DNA of 64,000 bases, taken from contig NW_024704745.1 in NCBI RefSeq assembly GCF_018977255.1, positions 48,608,001 through 48,672,000 on the forward strand. Direction: 5' to 3'. A model generated the notes under the pieces. That model saw nothing but the letters and a program-made list of their open reading frames with translations, did no database searches and was not told the origin of the DNA. Positions 1 through 14,053 of the stretch are shown here, piece after piece (positions within the stretch are counted from its first letter, which is position 1; every line of letters starts with the position of its first letter). This DNA comes from Callorhinchus milii. Lineage: Eukaryota. Position numbers and translations under genes: made by a program.

Positions 1-189
1 TCACACTTAACCGATTAACCGTTTTTTTTAAATAAAACTTTCAATTTCTCTCAGGTTGATACTTGTGTTAAAGTGTTAACATCTGCAACAATAACCCTAA
101 AAATAATAATCTGTGTGTTTGATATAACATTGAGAACATCTCAAAAGGTTTCATAAAGTTAGGTAAAGTAACACTAAGTGAGTACAGTT

Positions 190-500
190 GCAATTTGCAA
201 TCAGCAATGTCCCACAAACAGCCATGAAGTAAATGACTAATTTATCTGGAGGATTGTTGTCCAGGACACAGGGAAACACCTCCCTTCTCTTTTTGAATAT
301 TGCCACGGGTTCTTTAATGTTCACTTAAACTGGCAGATGAGACCTTGATTTAACATCTCCTCCAAAGGACAATGCTGCACTCCCCCACCACTGTGCTGCA
401 GTTTTAGCCCAAACCATTAACTCAATAAGTCTCAAACTGGATCTTCAACCCACAATCTTCTGACCCGGAGGTAAGAATGCTACCAGCTGAGCCTGGCTGA
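190..500 (-). mobile_element. Old Deu-domain (SacSINE1-like) SINE
   Basis: Reverse-strand ...aagaacccgtggcaatattcaaaagagaagggagg...ctgtttgtgggacattgctg. Confidence 0.65.
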
Positions 501-504
501 CACC

Positions 505-900
505 CTAAACTTGTACCTTTATACAGCGCCTTTCATGCAGGATAACATGTCAAAGTGCTTCAAGTGGATGGTGTGGAGCACCTAAGCAGAGTGGGGAAAG
601 GGAAAGTGACAAGAGCATGGTGCAGGTTTTTATACTTCACACACGGCTTTAAAGCAGGGAGAGGTTGCAAGGCACCGGTGTTGGGGATGTGGAGCAGATA
701 GAGATCACAGAGGCAGAGTTACAGATAGTTATGGAGGGATTTGAAAGTGAGGATGAGTAGCTTGCAGTTGATCTTTTGGGGGACAGGGAGCTAGTGTCAT
801 CTGGCCAGGGTGGGAATGATGAGCATGTGGAACTTTGTGAGGAAGTGGATTGTATAGAAATGCACTAGCAGGCAGCACTTTTCATCATACAGCAGGATGT
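505..900 (-). mobile_element. Degenerate L2 LINE 3' fragment
   Basis: Reverse-strand tail (atacagcgcctttcatg...aaagtgctt) followed by ggagggatttgaaagtgaggatgag, as in the other L2 copies. Confidence 0.55.
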
Positions 901-1499
901 AAAGTAATGGGGAGTAGGTGGGGGGGAGAAAAACTAAATCACAGAATTCAGGGGAAAGGAATAGATTGTAATAAAAAATGGCTAAAAAATCTGGATTCAT
1001 CCCTTTAGGAGGAGGGAGGTGAAACAATGCTTCAATTATTTTTCCTTCACACTTTCATGCCAGAGATCTTAACAATATTCACAAGCAGATACTGAACTAG
1101 TAGGAAATGTCAGCACATGTATAATAAGCAGAATTGCAAAGCTGGATCTTTAACCTTCATAAAGCATCATGGTCCAGTAGAAATGTGTTGAAGCATATTA
1201 GAAAAAAGAACCTGAACTAGAAGTAGGCTGAATGATGCTGGGAATACTGCAAATTTAATTGGACTCGAGGGTAGCATCAGAAGTCTGCAAATAGCATATC
1301 CAATTTCAAAAAATGGTTACAAGAAAAATGTTGAGAATTGTAAAGTTGCAAGCTTTCTTCCATGTTACTACCTCACAAGTTGAGTCTTTTTTTTGGCATT
1401 GATCCATGAGGTGACCACAGGTTGATGGGAATAGACTTTTGCATTTCTTGACCAGTCAAGATTAACGTCATACATTACGTAGAAATAAATATAACCTAC

Positions 1500-1740
1500 A
1501 GCACTATAACCTACAACAGGTAATTCGGTTCAAATAGTCCTTGCAGGTTTTTATACTTCATATAAACAACACCCATCTTAATCCCCCTTCCCAGCCTCCC
1601 CCTTAGCATTCTGTTTACTCCTCCCTCATGTTTGTGTCAAGTTTCCCCTTAAATGCATTAATGCTTTCTGTTTCAACACTGCTCTTGGCAGCGAATTAGT
1701 TGTACATTCTAACCATCCTCTGTGTAAAGAAGTTCTTATG
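1500..1740 (-). mobile_element. Old CR1 3'-end remnant
   Basis: Degenerate reverse complement of a CR1 3' end (cccttaaatgcat...cattctaaccatcctctgtgtaaagaag). Confidence 0.55.
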
Positions 1741-3487
1741 TATAAGGATGACGTTATTGAGGCAAAATATGCAATCTCTAACACACAGCAATGAAATGAT
1801 GACAAATGTGATCTTTATTGGCTTTACGTATATAAATTATATATTCTTTTCCAAACTGATCCAGTTTTAAAAAAGGTTTTGAAATTCCAGCCCACCTGCC
1901 AACATTAGCTGGTCTCTGAAATGATATCACATTTAGTAGAATTTATGTTTCTCAAAGCACTCTTTTCTCTAACAAGGTGTAGAAGCAAACAGTCATCATT
2001 TTACTTCAGTAACCTAACACAACACTAACTTAAATTATTAAGTTTCAAAATCCACTTGTAAGAGGCCATTAATAGACCATGCTGTTTTTACAGAGGCCTC
2101 TTCAACTGGATAGATATTCAACAACAACAAAATTTCATTTGTACAGCGTCTTTCACATTGGGAGGACGTCCCAAGACACTGAAAAATCAGTGTTTCGGAC
2201 CCGAGCTGTGGGTTGGGGAGGGTGGAGGGCAGGGGGAAAGGAGGGTGATCGAATGCACGGTGTTGAATGTAAGTTCTTGGTATCAGGATGTGACTGGAGT
2301 AGAATTAAGAGACAATTAATGGTTTGACCATACATCATAAGCATCTGTGTAGAAATTTTCCACTACAGAACAATATTGGAAGGAACAACAGCAGAACAAG
2401 TCAATACCAGAGCACATGCATCGAGGATTTCACTGCTGTCTAGTTATAAAGGTGAGTGGATTGAATTGGCTGTGACATGGCAGTCTGATTAGAAAATTAT
2501 CCAATTGAGATGGAATGAATATCATTCAATGAATATCAGACTGGGTAAATAAGTCTAGATTCACCTTTTTGCCTGGGGCTAAAATGTAAAGGTACCAACA
2601 AAATTCCAGCACATGAACACCACATTGCGGTATCATCCTCATAGTAAGCCTGAACTGTGAGCATCATCAGGATTTGATTTGAATGAGGTGAGGGTGAAAA
2701 GAGAAAGGTAACATAGCTGAGCCTAGTCTCGTCTTCACCTGACATCCACCCACAGTACACTTGCAAGGGAGGGGTGGGGTTGACAGGTAGAATTCAGGAG
2801 TAGTAATCCTAATCAAGACATTAAAACCAACTGGATTGTGCCCCATCAGCATTTTAAAAAAAAGGTTGTTAGGAATTTTTAATTTTTATTATTAGTTGGT
2901 TTATTCAACTATAGTCAAGAAATTCTTTGATTTATGCAAGTGAAAATACACTTGAAATTGCATCTCACAACCACAAGTAGTCTTGTGATAGTCAAGGTTT
3001 TTGCTTAAATCAAGAGGTTTGTTTGCCACCACACTGGAAGAAATCCATTTCTTTTCATGAAGTGCAGCAAAACCTTTTAACATCCACCTGAATAGACAGA
3101 TGAATGAGTTTATTATTTCATCTTAAAGATGGCACACTGACAATGCAGCGTTCTCCTGTACCATACGAAATTGTACTGGAGTGTTAGCCTAGGCCCCTGA
3201 CTATAATATCAAATCTACTACGGCTTCAACCCACAATGACGACAAACAGTTTTGGTTTAATGTTATGCTTTTCAGGTCAAAAAGTCCAAGCATTGCAAAA
3301 AAAATGTTCTGTAAGTGAATATGATAACTAATTTGTGTCAGCAATATATTACAAACAATAAGATGAGGAGCCAATTGTTTTTAATCTGGGGTGAATTTGG
3401 ATGAGGAGGGAATATAAATCAAGATAATGGGAAAACTTCACAATATGAAACAACACATTAAACCTACATTAATGTCTTAATCAAAAA

Positions 3488-3865
3488 CGATCTGAAATAA
3501 ATACAATACAAAATTACATTTGTATAGCGCCTTTCATGTCGGGATGACGTCTCAAGACGTTGGACAGTCAGGGATTTGAACCCGAGCTGTGGGTTGGGAT
3601 CGGGGAGGGTGGAGGTCAGGGAGGGTAGGAGGGAGGCTGGAGGTTCAGTCGAAGAGGAGGGTTTTGAGACACGCCTTGAAGGAGGCAAGGGAGGGAGCTA
3701 GGTGAAGGGAATGTGGGATGAAGTTCCATAGACTGGGGGCAGAAAGGCTGAAAGCCCGACCGCCGATGGTGGGACAGGGCGGGCTGGGAACTCGGAGCAG
3801 GCTACAGCCTGCTGAGCGGAGGGAGTGGACAGGTTGATATGGGGTCGGGGGTTTCAGAGATAGGA
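3488..3865 (-). mobile_element. L2 LINE 3' fragment
   Basis: Reverse complement of the same 3' end seen at 17960-18557 (accatcggcggtcgggctttcagcc...gcgctatacaaatgtaattttg). Confidence 0.85.
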
Positions 3866-4664
3866 ATACAGAATGTTATTTAGGCAAATCCAGCTCCCAG
3901 TCCAATAGCAGCAAGTGCTGCAAACTGAGCACAAGCAAGCATAAAATACAGATATTTCATATTTTTTTCCAGCAATGCATGAATTAAAACTAGATACAAT
4001 AATGTATACTAAAGTCTCTAGTTTGTCATACTGTAAATCGAGCCCTTCTCAATAACATACATCCCTAAAGGTGATCATCTCCAAACTATCTGAAGAATGC
4101 AACAAATTTTGTCTCTCCCCTGACTAAATACACCCTATAGATTATCCTGAACCTAAATTACCTTTAAATTGTGCTCAAGAGTTATCCTCTAGGTGTAGGC
4201 ACATCTGTGAGGCGCAGCATGCAATCTCAACAGAGGAAAGCACAAGATGAAAGAGTTCGCTGACCAGGAGGACCCTGTGATTTTCAGTAATAAATCACTT
4301 AAGGTAATGTTCCAAATAGCTTCTTTTTTTGTCTAGACTACTATTTGTCTCAGAGAGGAAAGAACTAGTTCATGACCCCAGGGATAAAATGTTCAATTAG
4401 ATAATTGGGCTACCCAAACGATGCTATTATTAATGGTAAAATTAATTTATACAATCACTATAAATGGAGGCAGCAGCGAGATCATTTTTATGAGAAATAT
4501 CCCTATGAGGTATTGCTTTCCTCTAGCACTTCCTAATCTCCCTCATGCCAATCCTCTCAGTAGGTGGACAAGTAATTTACTGTTAAGGTCTCAACACCAT
4601 TGCTCTGAAGGGGAACAAGACACCAACTCTTTCTTCAGTTTCCTCTCCAGCCTCCTTTGTTGGG

Positions 4665-5807
4665 GAGACAATTAAGTGAAGCCCATGGTATAAAAGGGAC
4701 AGTGGCTGCATGGATCCAGAACTGGCTGGGAGACAGAAAGCAGAGAGTTGTGGTGAACGGCTGCTTTTCTGACTGGAGGGAAGTGTACAGTGGTGTCCCC
4801 CAGTGATCAGTATTAGGACCACTGCTCTTCTTAATATACATAAATGATCTGGACTTGGGTATAGCAAGCACTATTGCCAAGTTTGCGGACGACACAAAGT
4901 TAGGTAGGGTAGTAAACAGTGAGAAGGATAGTAGCCAACTGCAGGAAGACATAGACAGAATGGTAAAATGGGCAGACACAGGGCAGATGAGTTTCAATGT
5001 GGAGAAATGCAAGGTAATGCATTTTGGTAGAAAGAATGAGGGGAGGCAATATAGGCTGGTAATACAATCTTAAGTGGGGGTAAAAGAACAGAGAGACCTG
5101 GGGGTGCAGGTAAATGAATCCTTGAAGGTGGCAGGACAGGTAGATAAAGCTGTAAAAAGGGCATATGGGATACTAGGCTTTACAAATAGGGGCATAGAGT
5201 ACAAGAGTCAGGAGGTTATGATTAACCTATATAAAACACTGGTTAGGCCTCGGTTAGAATACTGCGCCCAGTTCTGGGCACCACACTATAGGAAGGATGT
5301 TAAGGCATTGGAAAGGGTGCAGAGGAGATTTACGAGGATGGTACCAGGAATGAAGGACCTTGATTATGAGGAAAGGCTAGAGAGGCTTGGATTATTCTCA
5401 TTGGAGCAGAGAAGGTTACGAGGAGACCTAATAGAGGTCTTCAAAATCATGAGGAGATTTGATAGGGTAGAAAGGGAAAAACTGTTTCCACTGGTGGGTG
5501 TGTCGGTGACTCGAGGTCACAGATTCAAAATAGTCTCCAAAAGAAGCAGAGGGGAGGTGAGAAGAAATTTTTTCACGCAGCGAGTTGTTCGAATCTGGAA
5601 CGCATTGCCTGAAAAGGTGGTCAAGGCCGATTCGATAACTACTTTTAAAAACGCGGTGGACGGGTATTTGAGGAGGACAGGTTTGCAGGGTTATGGGGAA
5701 AGGACTGGGGAATGGGATTGACATTACATTGCTCTATTCAAAGAGCCGGCACAACCTCGATGGGCCGAATGGCCTTTTTTTGTGCTGTACAATTCTATGA
5801 TTCTATG
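4665..5807 (+). mobile_element. CR1-clade LINE, 5'-truncated (end of RT ORF2 plus 3'UTR)
   Basis: KFADDTKLG and QRDLGVQV...LYKTLVRPRLEYCAQFWAPHY...LERVQRRFTRM motifs, with a stop and a frameshift; (ATTCTATG)2 tail. Confidence 0.95.
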
Positions 5808-8800
5808 AAGCAAGAAAGAAACATACCTGGCTTTCCACTTGGTGCTTCCTCTATTAAATGGATGCATTCTCTTCACTGATGTATATAAAAATTAGAAGCA
5901 GTCATTTTAAAACAAGGAATCCAAAAAGTGAAGGTAGAACTTGCTGCAAATAGTGTTTAGATGAGCATGCCCTGAGAAAGTGTGAAGCTGTAGGGATTGG
6001 AGGTGCGCAGGAAAGAAAAACCTGCACACTCAACCATCTTTGGGGTAACAATTACTTCAGAGAAAAAAAACATTTGGTCACTCAATCCCTGATTGTTTGT
6101 GGGATACTGTTGCGTACAATTGACTGCCGTGTTTATTTCTAATTTTACTTGAGTACCTGGCTCACTTTGGTATCCCTGTGTGCGCAAGCGTAAACCTCAG
6201 GACTAATGTTATTTCTATTACAGGGAACCAAATGCAGCAATATAACCTAATTTTAAATTCAACGTGTCTGTAAGAGATCCACAAATAACCCACTATAACA
6301 ATAACAACAAAATTACATTTGTATAGCGCCTTTCACGTCGGAAGGACGTCCCAAAGCGCTGGATGAGCAGACATCACTGGGTCAGGGATTCTTCTCCCTC
6401 TGCTCCTGATAACCCTGTAAAACCCTAAGGAGGATGGACAAGCTGTGAGAAGCATATCAGAAATAATATTAAGTACCAATCATTATGTGCAGTTATTCCA
6501 TTAGATATCCAACAAGCAACTTTCCAAGGGAGAGGGCATTTGCATTGATTAAAAAAAACACTAATATTGAAGCATGAATGATCCAAACTATTTCCACAAT
6601 TATAATAATGCTAAGTATTACCACACAGCATTACATTTTCAGGCTTGCGACTCCCAGCTAAATGAACACTTTCCATTTACCTTCTTGACCAAAATGAGAA
6701 TAATAATCCAGTGCAATGAATTGTAGTCATGTCTCACTACTTGACATAGCTATTTTGCACAGTTTTTTTCACAATGGTTTCAAAATTATGCCGCTTCAGT
6801 CCATTTATATTCATTTTTCATCAGTATAATAAATGCAAATAAATGGCCACTTCACTGCATTACCACAATGCATTTTAACTCCACTGAAACCAATTCATTA
6901 AATCATTCAAAAGATTTACAGAAATGTATTAACAAATCAAAAATGATAGTACTGCATCACTCTCATATCCGAGTTTCCACACACAAGCCTGTTTTTATGT
7001 GTCTCCTGTTCAGTTCTCATCACACAGTTTATATTTTGTAACCTTTCAATTGCTTTCTTTTCTTCCTCACCCAGGCACCATGCTCAATATAATATAATTT
7101 ATTACAACAATTATTTGCCTAGCACCTTTCATGTTGGGAAGATGTCTCAAGAGCTTCACACTGCTGTCTGGCAGCCCAAGCTGGGCATGCAGCTGAGGAA
7201 GGAAGGAGGGAAAGCTGAACAAAACACAGAATCACATACACAGAATCTTGTAAATATAAACCTATGCAAATAATTTGCCCACACAATACAGTCAATCCAC
7301 TTTTGTATATTATGTGAAACGCTTTGAGATATCGACAACTTGATAAGGTGTTATACCAAATGCAAGGATTATTATATTTGCTCCTTCTGAATGTTCCGTT
7401 GACGTATTGTAAGTTTTGACTTTAGCTACATTTTTCCTCTGTTCAAAAAATAGCAAGAGTTTAATTAAAAGTAATTTCAGAAATCGGAAAGGTTTGAAAT
7501 TTTCAAAGCAAAGGAGATGAAAGGAAAATATATTTTGTTGAAATGGTTCTCACTGCTGAATTGTATCATACCTTTCAATGAATATGGTGCAATTATTGGC
7601 TGTGTTGGATTTCAGTATTGACTGAAGCATTATCAAGAAAATCTTAATCTGGTCACTTTTGGTAGTGGTGCAGGGGCGTAGGGGGGATGAAGGAGGAGAA
7701 AAATCAACAAGATTACTCTGGATAGTGAGGAGATGAAAAAAAACAATATCAGCAATCTAAGGCTGGAATATAACGGGTCTAGTTTTTCACAAAAAAAATG
7801 CATCCTGGGTGTTTTGCCCACAAAGCATACAGTCAATTCACTTTACGGTATATTCTGTGAAACTCTTTGAGACGTCTCGAAGATGTGAAAAAACCTATAT
7901 CAAATGCAAGGATTATTATTATTTATTATACAAAACTTTTTGCAGTGAAGAGTAATAGTTCCCTTTCATCATTACGCTATATCAAATGTAAGGATTACTA
8001 TTATAAATATTCCTTTACATGTACCATTGCTGGACAATTTCATAGGTTCAGGGTAAAGATAATATTATAGTAGATTCTTAGTTACCTGACATTCAAAATC
8101 CTAGACAACTTGCTTCAGCAATCAGAAGCAAGTACATCAGCATCAAGGCACCCTCATTACAAAATAAGGAATTATTCTCAGCCCAGAGGATCAACATATT
8201 TATTCAGTGCTGCAAAACGAGGAAGATCTCATCCAAGTGTTACAATAGCCTTCAACACCTTGGGTACGGGAATCGGCTGGGACTCCTGCTCAATAGGAAT
8301 TCCTATTCCAATTGTCTTGGTGTTGTGTGTAGGAGGTGTGATTGATTTGGCTGGAATACACCCCAGCCTGCCAACGCACCTAGGAAAAATGGCTATCTGG
8401 GCTGACTATTAAAATACGAGCTCTGTCTGTGCAATTATGTTATCCTTCAGTAAGGAAATTAATTCCACCAGGAAAAACAAGTGAAAGTATATAAGAAAAT
8501 GTTATAAAATTTAATTCCTTCATTTTTTTATTACAGGGTTGCTCCAAAATGGCAAAAAATTGTTTGATTGTCCTCTTAGGATCTGCACTCAATTATAAGT
8601 CAGCCTTGAAACACAGCAAAAGTAATTGATGCCCGTCAGCTTGTGCTGAATGAAGTGCAGGAAAAGAGCCTCTGAAAGGAACAAGGCAAATTTACACCAA
8701 GATGCATTTTACAGCCCTCAGACTAGAAATCAATTAATAAATAATAGTTGAATCTGCTGAATTGTTTCAGACCTTTCGATGAATATGGTGCAATTACTGG

Positions 8801-8889
8801 CTGTGTTGGATTTCAGTATATTCACTTTGAATATGAAGTTGTAAATGTTTTCCCCCTTTATTGAACTTTGAGATAGACTTTTCCTTATC

Positions 8890-9830
8890 TATATGCTCCC
8901 TCTGGGCGATGTCATCCGCAGATACAGGGTAAACTTCCACATGTTTGCGGATGACACACAAACCTACTTTACCTCTTCCAGTACCAACTCCAGGTCCGCT
9001 GATGTTCTATCAGGGCCTGGATGAGTGTAAACTTTCTGCAGCTGAAAATGGACAAGATGGAAGCCATACTCTTTGGCTCCCGTCAACGTCTTCACTCCTG
9101 TGGATCTAAACACCTCAACCACCCGGGGCTCTCCCTCAGACTCACAAACCAGTGCACAACCTAAGCGTCCGGTTCGACCCCAGCTGCCCTTCCTCCTCCA
9201 CATCCAGTCCCTGACCAGGACTGCCTTCCTCCAACTCCGCCACATTGCCCACCTCCAACTGTACCTTAGCACAAATGCAACCGAAACCCACTGGCATAGT
9301 TTGTCACCTCCTGCCTGGATTACTCCAACGCACTCCTCTCTGGTCTCCCCAGTTCCACTATTCAAAGCTCATTCAAAACGCTGTTGCCTACATACTGACC
9401 CGGACCCACATCTCACCAGTTCTGGCCAGGCTCCACCGGCTCCCTATCACCGAACGGATCGACTTCAAGATCCTTACTCTCATGTTCAAATCCCTTTACT
9501 CTCTAGCACCTCCCTACTTCTCTGACCTCCTCACTCCCTAATAAGCGGCGCCTCCGCTCGACTGGCACCAGCCTCCACTATGCCATGAAACTGAATCAGC
9601 CACTACGCCCTGAAACTCTGGAACACTCTTCCTCAATCCCTCTGCCTTGCCCCCTCTCTGTCCTTTTTCAAGTTCCACCTGAAAACCTTCTTATGCCATG
9701 CTTATGGCCACCTCCTCCCTGCCCCCTTGCCCCAGCCCCCCTGACTCATAGTCACGTTCCGCCACTGTTAAGCACTCTGAGATGCTGCCTGGGTGGAGGG
9801 CGCTATTTAAGTGCAAGTTGTTGTTGCTGC
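8890..9830 (+). mobile_element. Degenerate L2 LINE (RT C-terminus plus 3' end)
   Basis: [22 protein letters not shown] and LHRLPITERIDFKILTLMFKSL; ends gcgctatttaagtgcaagttgttgttg. Confidence 0.88.
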
Positions 9831-9879
9831 TGTTGTATACAGGCATACACACTGTCAGTTGTTTCAGAACTAGGCACAC

Positions 9880-11290
9880 CCTTCCTATCCCATCTGATGT
9901 TCCCCACCCCAGCCCCTACACTACCCTCCCTTCACAGCTTCAAATCTGTCTTCCCACTACTCTCACCACCACAACCTACATGAAACCGACCACCTGCTCC
10001 CTCAACCCCATCGCTATCCTTACCTCCCGCCACTCTTCACAAACCTCTCCAATCGGGTTTCCGTGCCGCCCACAGCACAGAAGCAGCTTTAGTTAAGGTG
10101 ACAAATGACATTTTGTCCATCTGTGACCAGGACTCCCTCTGCCTCCTTGTCCTCGAGCTCTCTGCTGCCTTCAATACCATTGACCACTCTATCCTCCTCC
10201 ACCACCTCTCCTCTCACCCTTCATGGTTCTGTCCTTGAATGGTTCAGATCCTACGTCTCACACCATCTCCACAAACGGCGACTCCTCTAGCCCCCGTCTC
10301 ATGCAACGTTCCTCGGGGCTCCGTTCTTGGTCCGCTCCTCTTCAATGCTCCCTTTTGGTGACATTATCCGCAGACATGGGGCCAACTTCCACATGTATGT
10401 GGATGACACCCAACTGTATTTCTCTACCTCCACCCTCGAGTCCAGGACCACTGCTGTCTTGACAGAATGTCTGTCAGACATCAAGTTCTGGATGAGAGCC
10501 AACTTTCCACAGTTGAATATCAACAAAACCCTCCTGATTGGCTCCCGTCAGTGCCTCCACATCTCACGCTCTACAGCATCACCACCCAAAGATGCTCACT
10601 CCACCTCACTGAGCTAGTCCGGAACCTTGGTGCCGTTTGACCCTCAACTATCCTTTCTACCCCACATCTGTGTCATGATCCGCTCTGCCTTCCCCCACCT
10701 CCGCAACATCGCCCTGCTCCACCACTGTCTCACACAGCAGGCTGCTGAAACCCTTGCATTCATAACAGCCAGGCTTGACTACGCAAATTCCCTGCTCATC
10801 AGCCTCCCCAAACCCTCCCTCCATAGGCTGCAGATCATCCAAAACTCTGCAGTCTGTGTCTTCTCCCACACCAGGCTCCATGAGTCTATCAACCCTATCC
10901 TCGCTCGAATCCACTGACTTCCCATCACACAGAGGATACAGTTCCAGATCCTGGTCCTCACTTTCAAAGCCCTCCATGGCCTTGCTTCCCCCTACCTCTG
11001 CGACCTCCTAACCATCTACCAATCTGCCCGCTCCCTCCGCTAAGCGGGCTCCGGCCTGCTTCATGTTCCCTGCCTCACCATTGGCACCATTGTTCCCTGC
11101 CTCAGCCATTCTGCTCCCACCCTCTGCAACTCCATACCAGTCCCTCCGCCTAGCTCCCTCCCTTGTCTGCATCAAGACCCATCTTCCCCTCCACCACCCC
11201 AATCCCAACCACCAGCTCGGGTCCGAAACAGCGCCTTGTGTGTCCTCCCAATATGAATCGCACTATACAAATGTAATTTTACTGTTGTAT
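9880..11290 (+). mobile_element. Degenerate L2 LINE
   Basis: SAAFNTIDH-like sequence, FHMYVDDTQLYFS, FITARLDYANSLLISLP and LQIIQNSAV; L2-type 3' tail. Confidence 0.9.
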
Positions 11291-12624
11291 TGCAATTCTC
11301 CATTTGCATATGATGGTTGAAAAAAATGAGCCATCTTGCAATTCAGAGAATAAAACTAGTATGTGCTACATATGCCTCTCACCCACTGTGCGGATAGCAC
11401 AGGGCCACCGCGACATTCGTTTCCCCAAGCACTAGAAGTTGTCTCAAGTCAGAAATCCTTCTGTTTAAGCAGGGCTAAGGGTTTTGAACAGAATTCTATA
11501 TGAAAAAGATAAAATGCCATCATACAGGGAGAATGGTACTCAACAGGAACAGTTACTTTCATGCAGCACAGGGTCCATTAAAATACTCGCAGCTCAATGG
11601 AGAAAACTCCTGATATGAAGTCTGCTTCCTGATCAGGATTTCCTATTTCCTGGGCAGACTAGAATGAAAGGCCATAAAGTGTCCTGTAATTATTCACTTG
11701 TGAAGCAAGTCACCTAGTGTAGGGATCCGGGATACCTGGCAACCAGACAATCTGCACTCATTGCTAATGGAAAATGTAACTCGGTACTTAGCAAATATAC
11801 AAGCTGCTTGAAGAATTGTATCCCATAATTTTTGGGGTACACTCTTACCATGAATGAGATTTTACAAGTTTGTCTCTCACCCCCACCCCCATTTAAAGGA
11901 AGCCCAAATCTGCTCAGTGAAACTCACAGAGTAGGCATATAACAAGGTTCACACTGGTGAAGAGGAAAGAGGGATGGCAAGATACTCATCAAACCAAGTA
12001 TCAAGGCTTGAGCTATCAAATGCGAGGATTAAACCAATACAAATCAGTGGGCCAACAGTGAATGGGGATGTTAAGTACCTCAACAATCAAGAATCCTCCA
12101 AATGGGTTCATAATCCCTTCAACAACTGAGGCTGGAGGGGGGGTGGGGGAAACTATTGAACCCTATAACAAAAATAATCTTTAAATTAGTTGCTGTATCC
12201 TTAATCTTCTGATTAATATGTGCCAAACAAATTCAGGAGTGGCTGCAATGTATAAAATGCAGAACTAATTTTGAAAATGTGGTGAAGCTATCTGGTATTC
12301 AAAGATCACACAGCAGCATTTGGTCAATATCCAGTTTTTGAGACGCTGGAAAGCTTACATCCTTCATAATCAATGTTTTGTTTGAAGGCAAAGGCATTGT
12401 TCTTGGTCGTCTTTTCATCAACGATGCCTGAAAGTGCAAGGCAAGTCTGGACCTAAAATAAAATTAAAAATCAATATCTGAAAAAAAGGATATAAAGGGT
12501 ACATCAATGTAAAACAATCAGAAGATTCTCATTGTGTCAAGTATCTTGTTCCAAGACTAATTGCTAACTGCGTATCAAATTTCACCACATCCAGCTAAAT
12601 TGATCTTTTGGTGTGGTACGAGGG

Positions 12625-12905
12625 AAGTGTTGCATGTCAGAGTTGGTCTTTTAAACGAGATGTTAAACCAAGATCCAGTCTACCGGTTTTCAGGTGGACT
12701 AAATAAAAAAATCTGACAGCACAACAAGAGATGTTTCTCAGTGTCCTGGCACACAATCCTCCAGATTATTTTTTGTCATTTACTTCATGACCATTTGTAG
12801 GAGCTTGCATTTGCAAATGGCTTTGTGTTTGCCTGGAAAAAAGTCAGACAGTAATTACTATTCAAGTGCTTTGAGACTTTGCAATGATAAAGTGCCATAA
12901 AAAGT
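12625..12905 (+). mobile_element. Old Deu-domain SINE
   Basis: gagatgttaaaccaagatccagtctaccggttttcaggtggact...gtgtcctggc...ttgtaggagcttgc. Confidence 0.62.
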
Positions 12906-14047
12906 CAAGTTTTTTTATAATGGTAAGTCAAAGAAAAATTTTAACCATTCGTGGAAATAGATGGCATCCCCTAAACAGTTTCACTCCCCTTTCAAGTAAG
13001 TAACTTTGGTTAATTAACAATAAATAATACTAAAGTTAGGAAATTGTACATACTTCAACATGGTTATAGTCAACCAACCATAAACACAATTTTACAGAAA
13101 TACAGCAGCATACAATACTATCAAAAACAGAAATGACCCAAACTGACAGAACCGAGCTGTAGCTCCTACATAAAGCGAGAGCAGACATTTGACCTATACA
13201 TACATCCAAATGCCAATTTTGTTTCACTCTATATTGATGACCAAACTATTCTTTGGTAAATGAACAGACAAAGCAGCAGAATAATTGGCACATTTTCATA
13301 TCAGCATCAGAATACAAATTACAAGCAAACCACTCAAACCAAAACTGCGGAATTACCAATTTTCCTACTTAAAAACTGATTCCCTTAAATCTTAGCAGCC
13401 CCCAAAACTTTTACTACTTGCATAAAACTAATCATCAGGACAACGCGGGTTTTAGAGTGTGTTTATTCTGAAATTGTAGTTACAATGAGTTACTTACTAC
13501 AAAAGTTAGTAAAAATCAAAGTTTAGCAATAAATGAAAAACAAGAATGTCTAGGAAAATTAGCTGTAAAGATTTTCTATGCCGCTATTAGAACAAGTTTA
13601 CCAATATGGAATCTATTCAGTTAGTTTCAAATCTTGCTTGGATTCCTCTGCTAATTTACCTTTACGTTTCCCTTTCAAATTATCTAAACTCAAGGGAAAT
13701 TACATTCAGCTGTTTTGTACAGCATCTCTTCATTTGTCATACATGCTAAAAAAACATTAAAACTGGCTTTCCTGTCAGTGCACTTCAGTGCAATGCTATT
13801 CTCAGTCTCTTACCAGTATCTCCACAATGACATGGACTACTAATTTTGAAGTTTCCAAATCTTACTGAGGCTTTCCTACATGGAGTGAAAATGCCATTGC
13901 ATTTTACAAGTTTGTTTTATTAAAACACAAGGAATGAAAGTGATCACATTCTGAATTATTTGTGAAAGGATTCATTTTAGTTTCATATAAACTGTGCACT
14001 CTTTTGAATTCATAAAACTGCAACACCAGGCAATTGTTAACATAACC

Positions 14048-14053
14048 TTTATT
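14048..14053 (-). promoter_or_regulatory. Candidate IPO5 polyadenylation signal (AATAAA)
   Basis: tttatt on the + strand, about 850 nt past the IPO5 stop, in AT-rich repeat-free sequence that looks like 3'UTR. Other AATAAA hexamers lie nearby. Confidence 0.45.

Noticed and set aside
5074-5721. 215-aa ORF, and the ORFs at 24384-26289, as host genes or an intact RT
   Set aside because: Fragments of 5'-truncated CR1 ORF2 with stops and frameshifts.
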